From: Convolutriloba macropyga
Lineage: Eukaryota
NCBI RefSeq assembly: GCF_964194025.1
Contig: NC_134468.1
Span: forward strand, 72,974,001-73,038,000
DNA: 64,000 bases
Direction: 5' to 3'
Below the pieces are notes generated by a model. It saw nothing but the letters and a program-made list of their open reading frames with translations, did no database searches and was not told the origin of the DNA. The position numbers and the translations under genes were made by a program. Shown here piece by piece: positions 25,451 to 37,630 of the stretch. Numbering within the stretch: the first letter of the stretch is position 1; each line of letters opens with the position of its first letter.

Positions 25451-28400
25451 TTGCTTAGAGAAAGTTGAGAAAGAAAGAGAAAAAAAAGAGAAAAAAACGA
25501 AAAGAAACGAAATAAAAGGTAAAAACAAAGAAAAATAAAGAAAAAATAACATACCAATTTTTTAGTCCAGGAAAGTATTCTTCCAAATTCAGATCAATTC
25601 ATGAGCATACTTACACAAAACTCTAGATAAAATTTGGCCAGCTTTTCGTCAACCGGCAGTAATTTGAGTCCCCGTGAGTTCAGTGTGATCATGCCTCCAT
25701 TAACTTTTGCAAAGTTTTCCATTGTGAATTGAATGACTTTATGAGCAAGTTCATCAGATTTTTTGTGCGACTCAAATTATTGTTCATTTGGAAACCTAGC
25801 CAACTTTTTTCTGTATTTTTCCTGCAAATAGGCTCGTCAGTTTATTCTCTTTTAGATCTCTTAAACACCTGGTAATTAAGCGTCGGTTGAGATAAAATTC
25901 AAAAGAAACAGCCAAACAGATGTTGACTAAATACGACTTCAAAAGCGGGCCATTTACCATGTAAGATTGCCATTTGTGAGCTTGCTTTGCTCAATAAATG
26001 TATTAGATGATGGCAAGAAAATTTCAGTCATCAACATAATCACATCAGCGTTGATTATACTCATTTTTAAGTGGTGTAAATAGTTAGAAAACTAAATTTT
26101 TGACTTTTGATTAGAGACTGGATTCGTGTTCGCCCATCACAACCTTCAAATATGCTCCGTGCATTCAAAATTTCTTCGATGCACTTTTACTAACAATGCA
26201 GTGATTCATGAAAGTCTTGAAAATTTCGTCAACACTCTCAAATTTATGACTTCAATTTAACAAAGGTTTTGAAAAAAAGTACTCTAAGCGTACGAAGTTG
26301 TCACCCAACAATTTTAAGATTGCTTTTTATCTAAGTTTCAGTTCAGAGATGAATCAAGACCACAAATAGCGCAACAGATCAACTCAACTGTCTAAGAACT
26401 GCTTCCACAAATTTGCCCAAATTTGGTTTATTTGGCATCAAAAAACTTTCTCAAAAATTGCCGGGTGGTAGCTTTACTTTGACGTTCAGTGCAAGTTGAA
26501 ACCCAACCAAGCATCAAACTATAGTGAAAAAAAGTCAACAAAATAATTAACTCAAGTACGCTGTACTGAACTGCACCTGGACAATAAGAGTAAGTTGATC
26601 AAATTTATCAGACTTCTCAATAGTAGTTTTGCTGTTACTAAATATATACATAATGCTGACAACAATTTGGCAGAGAAATGAAGCAAAATGTAGACAAAAA
26701 TGTTTCTCAGCCTTTTTTAGTTGCATGTATGCTTATTAATTTAGTAACTTCACATAAATGAAAAAAAAACTAATGCAAAACAAATACAGTTGTCACAAGT
26801 GTTTTTTTTACAAAAAAATTGTTTTCCCGTTCTGTAAAAATCAAATTGCAATTGCAACAATGACATGAAGAGCGTCTAAGAAAATTATTACTTGAAAATT
26901 AGCATCCCTCCAAAAACAGTTTGTCTTTCAACTCATTTAAGCACACTCATATATATCTTTAAATATTGTTCTTCCGACCCACTTTAGTGTGTGAGAAGCT
27001 ATTTACTGAACTGGGTTTTTTTGTCCGGTCAATTTTCACCGATCGACACATTCAGCGTACAGGATTGTGAGTGGTATCATTAGAAAACTTGTCAATCGTA
27101 AAAATTCAAATTAAAAAGATTTTTTTTTGGTTTTTCGGTTTTTGCGAAGAGTTGCGGAGGTTTAATGATTTGTGCAGGTTAACCTAACTTCCTTTGTTTT
27201 GTTCACAATTTTCGTAACTTTTGCTTAACTTTTGATCAGTCTTTGAAAAATTATATGATAATATAAATAGTGAGAGTCGTATTCCTTTTACGTTTAAAGA
27301 TAATTTTAAAAAAGACTATTTGGACATTTTTGTCCAGTTTGACCAATGGTGCAGACATAAAACTGCCAACATAATCTATTTGTACTCTGATATGGGCCGA
27401 CTGTACCTCTGATTCCTACGACGGTTTTCTGGAGATAACATTTTTGAGGTTTTTTGTTAACTTTAACCTATATTTGAATTTAAAAAAGCGTAGTTTATTT
27501 TTTAATATATTAGGGTTTTTGTTAGCCAAAAAAACTATAAGGCAAACTCTTAGAACAAATGCGATTGCGTTTTTTAACAGCCACGCAGCGAAAACAAGGC
27601 CATTGTTGGTCCCATCGTTGATTTTTGCAATGGAAAAGGATTTGGATTTCATTTTGGGTCTGTCCTTTTTGAAATAATTTTTCGGTATTTTATACCAACC
27701 ACAAGGAATTCTTATCTTTGTTTGATGGTTCAATTAATGAGAGAACCATTTATATTCCCATAAGGTCCAACTAACCAATTTTCTGTTTTGTGAGTAAAAT
27801 GAATCGTATTTTTCGGCTCCGACAAAATGTTTTGTTAAATTGTTAAGGATATCTAATTCGGTATCTGCGGAGTTTTTCTATTTGGTCGAATTCGCTAACT
27901 CGGTAACACTTGCAGGATCTTTCAATGGAGAAGCTGTAAAAACAAGACCGGTTGTGGTCCACTTGTGGAAATTTATTGTTCAAAACTAATTTCGATTGTA
28001 AGGATTGTCAAACTTATGTGCAAATGGAGTCCAATGAAGATACATAGTAATTCAGCAAAAGCATGGTTTTATGGCAACAACACCCATTGCACAAAATTGT
28101 TCACGATTTTTTGAGTTCTGACTTCTCTCGGTGTTAAAGCGTAGTCATTCAACTTATTCTCAAAGATGATATTTGCATCGGCTTCCTAAGTAGTAACAAA
28201 TTAAAATATTTACCATTTTTTAGTTAAACTATAAAACCGAATTGTTTTCCGAAGAATTTTTTTTTGAGATTTGCCGTTTCATACCTGTTTCTGCAACTTT
28301 GCTGCAAAGGCTCAGCAAAGTCAGAATTAGCCTTATTGTTCAACTGAAAAAAAAAGTTGTCTTTTTTGCTGTTCTTAAGATTTCACAAGTTTATTTATTT

Positions 28401-29317
28401 TTTAACATTTTACCTTTTTTATCTTCTCTTTTGCTGTCTTGTCCGATCATCAAATTAATGGTACCCTAATGAAAAAAAGCATGTCGCATAAACGGCGTTG
28501 GTTGGAACAAGGCGCAATTGATAACATTCAAAATTTTAGTGAATAGGTTTTCATCTTAGTCTTCCACGCGTTTTCTTCGCAAAATGGAAATGACTTTTGG
28601 TTTTTCCTTCAGTTATTCTGTTTGTAGTCGTATGACATTCTGAATAAAGACAGGTCTCAATGGTTTTTTTACTAAGGTGTAAATTAATCAATTGAATTAT
28701 TTCAGTTGGCAGCTAATTACTTTTATATATTTGAAATAAATTGTTTTCAAAAAGTGTAAACGTTTTTTCTAATTTTGACATTTTTGTTCTCTGTCTAGTC
28801 AAAAATTATTCTCAAAAAGACAGATCCCATATCTTTTTGGATGAAATGCAAGTCATATTAGTTCAATTTTTTTTTATGTGGTGCTATTTTAAGTTGATCA
28901 TTGTTTTGTACAGAAAAAATAGATAGACGTTTTTGACCGTAAGAGATTATTGTTGTTTTTATATGATTTTAATGTTTGTGTCGTCTCTTTAATGGCAGAA
29001 TCATCAGCTCTCTGGTGATTTTTTGTTTCATTCGTATAATGGTTAGAGCTTCAAGCGATTTTTTAAATGGATAAACCAATTATTTTCGAACAATAATTGA
29101 TTTTTTGAAAATTTTCTGGCTCTTCCTCTGATCGGGGTCGGAATATCATTTGCAAACGCATATTACCGAGCTTCCTTGATTGCTTCTATCTCGTTTTCAG
29201 AGTCAATCATAGCATCATTTTTAGATATGGTCTTTGTAGAAGGTATAACTTTCTTTAAAGTATAATGAAATTGATCGTCGTTCTACTTGAGTGGCAAAAA
29301 AAAACAAAAAAGGTTTT

Positions 29318-29441
29318 CGGTCTTTCCCATTATAGCCCCGCCATGAAATTATAGCCCCCCATTATGGTTTAATTATCATGATTGGGGGGCTATAGGTTAT
29401 CTGACCACTAAGTTGGGGGGGGGCGATAATGGGAAAGACCC
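29318..29441. mobile_element. MITE, same family as 4742-4867 (inverted)
   Basis: ggtctttcccattat...ataatgggaaagacc termini. The internal ctataggttatctgaccactaag is the reverse complement of the 4742 copy. Confidence 0.85.
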
Positions 29442-29490
29442 ACGTTTTCAATAGTTCTGAAGACGTCCGAAATTTTTCAAAAAAAAGACG

Positions 29491-29648
29491 GGATCTATTC
29501 TGTTTTGGCCCCCCAGCTTAGTGAGCTTATATTTTTACGCCCCCCAGGCACACGTGCTGTTTTCTTACATATTAACGTGCTATATAACAACATATAATTT
29601 GTAACTGGGGGCGTAAAACACACTGGGGGGCCGAAAAAGAATAGATCC
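29491..29648. mobile_element. MITE with 24-bp TIR
   Basis: ggatctattctgttttggcccccc / ggggggccgaaaaagaatagatcc, plus an inner inverted repeat ttttacgccccc / gggggcgtaaaa. Confidence 0.75.
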
Positions 29649-29865
29649 AAAAGACGGACGCAACCAATTTCAATTCACCTATAACAAAACTATTATAAAC
29701 AATAAAGGGAAAAGATCTTTTCCATTTGAGCATATTCAGTTCAGTAACCAAGGACACGTGTCATAAGTTTAGCTATTCATTTTTTAAATAATAGCACGCA
29801 CTCTGTAGCTTGGTTTTGGATAATATACAAAGGGATTTTAACGCTAAAAGATCCAAAATAAAATC

Positions 29866-30008
29866 GGGTCCTCCCATTATAGCCCCCTCACGAAATTATA
29901 GCCCCCTCAAGAAATTATAGATCCCCATTATGGTATGTTTACCATGATTGAGGGGGGGGGCTATAGGTTATCTGACAACTAAGGTGGGGGCTGTAATGGT
30001 AAAGACCC
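29866..30008. mobile_element. MITE, same family as 4742-4867
   Basis: gggtcctcccattatagcccc...gtaatggtaaagaccc. A further end fragment lies at about 30193-30215. Confidence 0.8.
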
Positions 30009-33000
30009 AGGAAATCAATCAAAACGACAGAAACGACAACTTTTCAAAACTTTTATACACACTAAAAAAATTCAGGTAAAAATCCGCCTAACTTTATTTA
30101 GCCTGTAAGAATATTACTAATAAAATTAATAATAGAAAAAATAATAAAAAATAATAATAATAAAATTGACATTAACAGTAACAATTTCTGGATGGGGGCT
30201 GTAATGGGAAAGACGAAAAAATTTCAAACTATCAAACTACTGAGACACCAAACGATAAATGCCAAAACGGAGTATCCAGCGGAATAGATTGGAAAAACAA
30301 CCACCAAGTTCTGTTGATCAACCTTGAAAAACTGAGAAAAATTTGAGTGGTTAAGTTGTTCACGCCTTTTTTTGAAACAGAGCTTAAAATTAAAGTGAAC
30401 AAAAAGCGAAAAACAATTTTTATTCACGTGCCACCCTTTCAAGATGCTTTTCTTGTAATAAATGTGTTGTTATTATAAATTTTTGACGAATGTTTAAATA
30501 TTGACTAATGTTAAAAAAAATGGAGTTGCTTTACCCATGTTTTGCACTTTGATTAGTTTTTTGGTATTTGTAGAAATTTTTACGCTATTTTTCAGGTTTT
30601 CACGCAAATTTAGGCTGTTCTAGCAGTTTTGTCTCGCTGGGTTTCAGCACTGAATTTTTACAAACAATAGAGAACCTTTTCCACAATTTCTAGCTTTATT
30701 TTTAATAAATAGGAAACGCTTGTCAGCCCATAATGATTTGTTTGAGCAATTAATTTCGCGCTCTTAGTTGTGTAAAACATAATTTCTAATTTTCTGTGCA
30801 TTTAATTTTCTTAGTGTCTCTGTTTTGATGCGTTATGCCATTAGATACAATACTAAGTGTTTGTAAGATCAATTATTTGGTAAAAAAAAGGCTTCAAGCT
30901 TTTTCATGAATTCTCGTTTTTCGGTGAAAAGATTTGATGAGTGGTTTTCGGTGAAAAGATTTGCTGAGTGGTTAGAGGAGGCAAATGTAGGTGTGACCCA
31001 ATATTCGTTGAGCGGACAAATCTTTCTTTCTCATGTCCCACTTTTTAGGGTTTTTTTATTTTAAGCACATTTAAGTCGTCTAAAAAATTTTTGTAGACTG
31101 AAGTTGAATTGTTTTGACTCTTTTGAAAAGGATTTGAAGCTTTCTGGTAAATAAACGGATCATATAGAAAATCTGATGGTTTTCTAAGATACTTTGTTTA
31201 TTTTCATGCCATTTTTGCAATTTTCGACCAACTATATTATTTCAAAAATTTCATTTGTAACTGATTGCAAGGCTAAGGCTTGTAAGCACTCCTAACTGTA
31301 AACGGATTTAAGTTTTTTTTAGTACCAAGTTGTTTTCCCTCTATGAAATTTGACTGAAGTTAAGAATTTGAATAAATTCCAGAACACATGCTTCAAGGCT
31401 TCTATTTGAAAGAAAATATTTGTTTTTGTTTGTCTAAATAGTCTTACTTTTTAGGTTAATTTTTTATGAAATTTCCTTTTTGTTATCTGAATTAAGATTG
31501 TTATGTTCTCCAATGTGTCCATTCTGCCAGGAGTTAGTTATTGGCTGAAAGCCTGGTTTCATCGGGCATTACTTCAAGTTGTTGCCGGAACGTTTCTGCC
31601 TTTGCTTTATGTTCCTTGATAAGTGAGCGAGCAAAAACCGAGAAATTCCGCGAGCAATTAAAGTTATTTTTAGAAGCAAATTTTTAAACGATGAAAAAGT
31701 GAGTCGTATTTTGTTGAGATTTTCAATTGAAACAGAACAAGAAATGTACACGTATTATGGCTGGCTAATATTGAAGAAATTTACACAAACTTAAGAATTT
31801 TAAGAATCGCGGTTGTACAGATTAAAAGGTTTTCGTTTGTCTGTCTAATTGTATTATATAAAATAATGATTTTTTTCTAAACTTTCAACTTTATTTATGT
31901 TTCTTTTTTATTATTCGATTTAAGATTGTTTCTCTCTGCTTTCATTCGTTCTGCCAGTTGATAGTAGTTATTTCAAAGGCTAGTTGTATCGTCAAAGGCG
32001 ATTTCAAGTTGTTTCCGGAATTCTTCTGACTATGTCTTTATGGGAGCGGTCGCAAGATCAACGTAGGTTAAGGGAGTGAAAAAAAATTTGAACAAAAACT
32101 GTTTTAATGAAACAGTTTTAAGAAAGCAGAAAAGGCAGCCGAGTGATGCTTTTCCTACAAACTATCTTATGAAACAGAGCGACAAATGTTGATGTAAATT
32201 AATTTCGTTGTGTGAGCGAACTTGTTGTTCACATGCCGCTTTTTGCATCAATTTCTCAATGGTTTTAACTGAAGTGTTTTGTTTTAATGGGGTGTAAAAA
32301 TGGTATTAGGGCTGTTTTGATCGCGTTTTGTTTTTGTAACTAAAATTGATTTTCAATTATTTTGCAGGTTTTCGAACTATTTAAACTATTTACGGTGTTT
32401 CAGCTAGTTAAGCTATTTTCGGACCATTGAGCTGTTTTTGTCCTAATTGAGATTTCAATATAGGTATCTTGCTTTCAGTTCTCAAAAATTGAGAAAAATG
32501 TGAATATTTACTGATACTGTTGCTTTTTTGCAGTTTTTATCTCATTTTATTCAAAATTAGTGAATTTTGTGAGCCTATTAAAGCTTTCCTATTATTGTGT
32601 GAGCATTTTAGTTCGTGTTTTATGTAAAATTTTCTATTTTAATTCGAACTATGATTTTTTCATTGTATGCGTTCTTTTGGTAGATATTAGCTATCCGAAT
32701 GGCTAGGTTCTTGGCGAAGATGAATCTTCAGTCATTTCCAGATGACGCACTTGAAAAAGCAAATGCCGCTTTTTAGAAATATCAGAGCAGCGATGGAAGA
32801 TCAGACTTGTATTGTGGAGATCAGTGGTTCGTTCACGTTTCAGCGGTAGCAGTAAATGTCGTGAAAGCTTTGAATTTTTTGAAGATCAGCAAAAATCATT
32901 GTTGAAAAACAAAATTTTGCAAAATTACATAAAAATATTTTTCTGATGACTTTACTTTTTTTCATTAGTAATGTTATATATATATTTACGATTATTTTAC

Positions 33001-34584
33001 GACCCTGGGATAACAATAAATAGCTGATCAGTTTCGTTTTAGCAAACAGTTTAATTAATGGATAAAGACAGTCAACCAAAATGGACAATTCTAAACGAAC
33101 AACTGACTTTGCAGACCAAGAAACAATTGAGACCAACTACGACTCTGATCCAAACAAATTTGGTGGTCCAATTGAGGAAGGGGCCAATTACATGGAAAAT
33201 TCAACTCCTCTTTCTGTCGCAAAATCAACTTCAGCAAGCGATAAAGAAAACACAACAAAATCTACCAACGAGATCTGCTCACTTTCAGTCTTAAATATGC
33301 AGTAAATAGTCCCCCAAAAGGTGTGAGGGCAAATGGCAATGGCAGTATATGTTTTAGTCCAGCCATGCATTGGCTCTGATCATGAAAGAAGCTAAAAGGT
33401 CCATGCAAACGCTAGGACAAGGTTTCCGCCGCGAGATACCCCACCCCGTCTTTTGTAACTCCCTTTCTCGAACATATGAACCAAAAAGCTTGCAAGATTT
33501 TTCCAGGTTTTTTGCTCTCGAACGAAGATTGAGGCAACTATTGTAAACGTGTTGGTCTGTTTGGGCAAAATTTTTGCTTGACCGTTTTGACTTTTCGAGT
33601 GACGTTTACGCCTTTGACTTTTTCATTTTGCGTGATCCAAATTTTGCTTTCATTCACAATTTTAGGCAGCTGAACTCAAGTGGCGACAGTTCACCACTAG
33701 CACTCAAATGAGTAGTGCGCCAAAATCGGTGTCATTTGTTCACTTTAGTTATATTATTGGCAATAGTGGTATATAATAACCTCTAATGACGTCATTTGAA
33801 GCCCTCTTAGACAAGTTAGTTACTCTCCCCACGACTGAAGCAGACTGCAATAGATTTGAGCTTCACTAGTTCTTCGAGATCCTATATTAGTAGGTTATAT
33901 TCGCTTTATCTTGAAAGCTGTTCTATTCATCTTGCAAGTTATTTTGCGAGATGAATCAAAGAGCTCGCAAGTATATTGGTTCCCGTATGCATTCACCTAC
34001 GAGATTGCTCCCTATATTCGTGCACTTTTTCAATTCATCAATCGCTCGGGATCCCAAAATGCCCAAAATGTACCTAATTATGCAACATTTCAGAAGCACT
34101 ATTGACTACATTTCTATACTTAATCAAAACATGATTGCTTATGATCGTGTAGACGAATATGGTTTTTTTATTGCAAGGCCAAGCGCGCATTTTGACATCC
34201 TAACAATTCAAAAATTCGGTTAAAAATAGAAAAGTTTTTAAAAGGCAATAAATGAGCATAGCAAAAAAGTTCCAGATCTTAGTTAATGTTCGATTACACA
34301 CCAAATTAAATCTACAACAATTGAACAGCATTCCAATTCCCACCAAAAAATGTTCGGATACTTCTCCGACGCCATCTCTTTTTCTTTATCTTTATCTCAA
34401 TTTTTATCTCCTGATTTTCTCCCATTACACTGCCACAGCAAACTTGAATTGCCTGAGATTAATTTGTTGGTCAAATTGGACCAAGCTTGGCGGTCAAATT
34501 TGACCGAAACCTGTCTGATGCAGGAGATTTAATTCAATTTTGCGGATGTAGGTTACTTTCATCTATTTTGAAGGGAAATTGGTA

Positions 34585-35210
34585 GCCAAATTCCGCAAAC
34601 TTAACAAACTCGAAAATCGCTAAAAATCCGGGCTAAAAACCCTGCAAACTCGGCTCCGCAATTGAATATAAATCAATTTAATTTAGATGGAAGCTTAACT
34701 CCGCATTAGAGTAATCAAAATTAATCTAAAGCAGAAACTTTATAAAAAGTAAAATGAAGTTTTAATGCTTAAAACTGATTTCTAGAACTATATTTGAAAA
34801 TTAAAAATTTAGCCGAAGAGACTCTCAGCTTGAAACTTTGAAATACGTAAAACACTATCAAATTTTTTCCACAATTTTTTAAATCACTGTTAGCGACATT
34901 TTAACCGGATTACAAATAGGTGCCATTAAGTGTATAATTAGTTACAAAACTGTGGAATTTAGTAACATGTAATGTGGAATTTAACTATATACATTGTGGA
35001 ATTTATTTACCCGCCGTGTGGAATTTAAAACCAGCTTTGTGAAATTTATTTAGGCAGGTTGTGGAATTCAGTTTTGGAATTGGTCAACAGGTTCCGTTTT
35101 TGATGAACGTCATGCAACTCTTCAAAAAATAGGAAAATTCATTTTTGCCGTATTCAGGCTTCAGAGGATGTAGCCCAAATTCCGCAACTAATGGTAACTG
35201 AAATCCGCGA
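34585..35210. repeat. ~22-bp-period tgtggaattt repeat with opposing aattccgca motifs (MITE-like)
   Basis: Six tgtg(g/a)aatt units at 34951-35070. Related reverse motifs at about 34589, 34655, 34699, 35178 and 35202. Confidence 0.55.
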
Positions 35211-35934
35211 CGGCAAACTCAATCAAAACATATTAATTTGACGTCGGAAGAATTACTCTCAAATGACGGGCGAGCGGTTGACTTCAGTAGTAGCCAGCTG
35301 GAGCTCACGGATGCTAGGATTGGGGGTAAGCGGAGTTGGAGGGGGTGGTAAGCAATGGGGGGGGGTCAAGTGATGGGGGCAGGGTTGTGAGAGAGCTGGA
35401 CAAGTGGGGTTCCAAATAGCAGGGATGGAGGAGGTTAGACGGGGGTTGACTGAGGGGGTCAAACTTCTAAGACTAAGAACCGCCCCTCACACCCTGAAAT
35501 TGTCTCATCAATTAGTTTCGGCGAATCGGATACTTAGAGACTAGTTAGGCGTAAGGCTCTACGAGAGTTGCTCGGCCACTTAATGATCTCCGAGCGCCAC
35601 CTGTTTATCACGCTTTTGAGGATGAAAAGCCAATCAGACGAAAAATTGGTCAAGCGAAATATCGCATAAAAAAAGACGACATGACTAATATAATTGTTAC
35701 AAACTTCGTTTGAGAGCAATTAATCTTTTTAGGTTTGGTTTTGCTGTGTAATGAATGTTCTGAATCTTCTCATGTTGACTTCTTTTTTGACCACTTTCAA
35801 TTATGGCCGAAAAGGTTATGGGAAGTGCGAATTCGGGAACTGAACAGCTGTGGCTAACTGGAAATTCTGTATGACATTTTTGTTTCTACTCTTTTGACGT
35901 TAGAGAGCAGTTCCGTTTTTCTCAATAAGCGGGC

Positions 35935-36365
35935 ATGAAGAGTACAGAGGAAGGCATGACTGACTCAGCGACTAAACACACGAGTGGTGCCAAATCTCCC
36001 TTCTGGATGGATGGGGATTTCATGACCACGAATTGTTATCATGATGATGTTCCCGCTCCTGACGGTGGATGGGGGTGGGCTGTAGTAGTTGGCTCATTTT
36101 TGTGTGGATTAGGGAACTGTCTCTTTTTAACCAAAACTTGCTCTTTGAAAAAAATACTTCCATTTAATAACTTCTATTTTTCCTGACAGCTTTGCGGATA
36201 AACTCTGGTTTTCTGTCGGTTTCTGAGACTGAGAAAATTGGTCTTCTTTTTACGAATTTTTCAAATATATTTTTTCAGCTATTGCGTGATCCGATTCGCT
36301 CTGCTTATGAATTTCAGCAGTTGATCTATATCGGGCGCGATAATTGGCAGTGCACTTTTATAAGA
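35935..36365 (+). pseudogene. SLC16/monocarboxylate transporter-like 5' fragment, apparently decayed
   Basis: The ORF from ATG 35935 contains PAPDGGWGWAVVVGSFLC, the MCT N-terminal signature. Candidate downstream exons 36190-36240 and 36279 onward give A-LRINSGFLSV... and AIA*SDSLCL*IS, resembling the MCT AW.GSL..G motif but with stop codons. The expected donor at 36113 reads GG rather than GT. Confidence 0.65.
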
Positions 36366-37085
36366 AAAATCATCTGAAATTAAAACAAAACCTTTTAAAG
36401 TAATTTCTTCTCTACAAGCTACAGAAAACATCAATTGGCCCACATGTGAGCGTGAAGCAAACATATGAGCATGTGAAGGTCATAAATTTCTGGTTCTCTT
36501 CGTTTAAGATCTATTTGTTTGTATTCAGAGGACTATGTTTAAGAACTTTGAGTGGAGCATTTTAGGCAAGTAAATGGCAAAAAAAAACAAAATGCATATG
36601 AAGGAAAAAACAGACATGTGAAAATATAACCCAGGAATTGAACATTTATAACACATGCTGGTCCACACAAGTTTCACAGACGCTATTTAAGAAAAATAAA
36701 ACGAAAATTTCAGCAATAGTTTGTGCCGGTTTATTTTCATCGATCCACGTTCCTGTTGTTAGAATTTTGATATTATTTGATAGTAACAAGGTTACTCTGC
36801 AAAAAAAACTCACAAGGTTACTCACAATTATTACAACAGAAACGTGGATCAAAGAAAAGAAACGGCAGCAAAACATTTCCGAAATTTATAGATTTCTCAT
36901 CTTGTCATAGTATTAGTGGATGTGTGAAGCAGCGTTAGCAATAACTGTAATGAAACAGTGTAGTGAAATAAATTTCCCTCGAACAAAAAATTCTAGAAAT
37001 CCCTGCAGTAACACTTTTATCCAAAAAATTTCAGATTATTGTTCTTCAATTCGGAAAAATGCTCTTTTTTCATTGTCTTTGAACA

Positions 37086-37285
37086 NNNNNNNNNNNNNNN
37101 NNNNNNNNNNNNNNNNNNNNNNNNNNNNNNNNNNNNNNNNNNNNNNNNNNNNNNNNNNNNNNNNNNNNNNNNNNNNNNNNNNNNNNNNNNNNNNNNNNNN
37201 NNNNNNNNNNNNNNNNNNNNNNNNNNNNNNNNNNNNNNNNNNNNNNNNNNNNNNNNNNNNNNNNNNNNNNNNNNNNNNNNNNNNN
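37086..37285. other. Assembly gap (200 N)
   Basis: Run of N. Confidence 1.
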
Positions 37286-37630
37286 AACAAAAAGTGGGCT
37301 TGCACAAATATTTTGTTGTTCTGTTCATGTGAATGCTGTAAACAGATGAAATTAGTTGTATAACAAATCAAAAAAGTATCCAAACATTGCCAAACTTGTC
37401 AAAATTTGCATTTTTGAAAAAAGAAAATATGTGTAATTGAAATATAAAGTTGCAATTTACTTCAAAAATTACTCAAAGATTTGAAATTGTAATCATTCAG
37501 TACTGATTTCTTTTAGTTTTATATATTTCTTTCTTCTAGTTGGCCCCTTTTGAAAGGGGAGAACCCTTTTAAAGATGCCTTAATATTTACGTAATTGCTG
37601 TTTGTAGTTAAGCAATTTAAATCCATAATT

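Noticed and set aside
27300-29270. Coding-like minus-strand fragments including KSFSIAKINDGTNN (hAT-like first catalytic motif)
   Set aside because: Too degenerate to assign by eye, and no TIR or TSD was found. It needs a profile search.
36920-37383. ORFs containing poly-X
   Set aside because: They are artefacts of the N gap.
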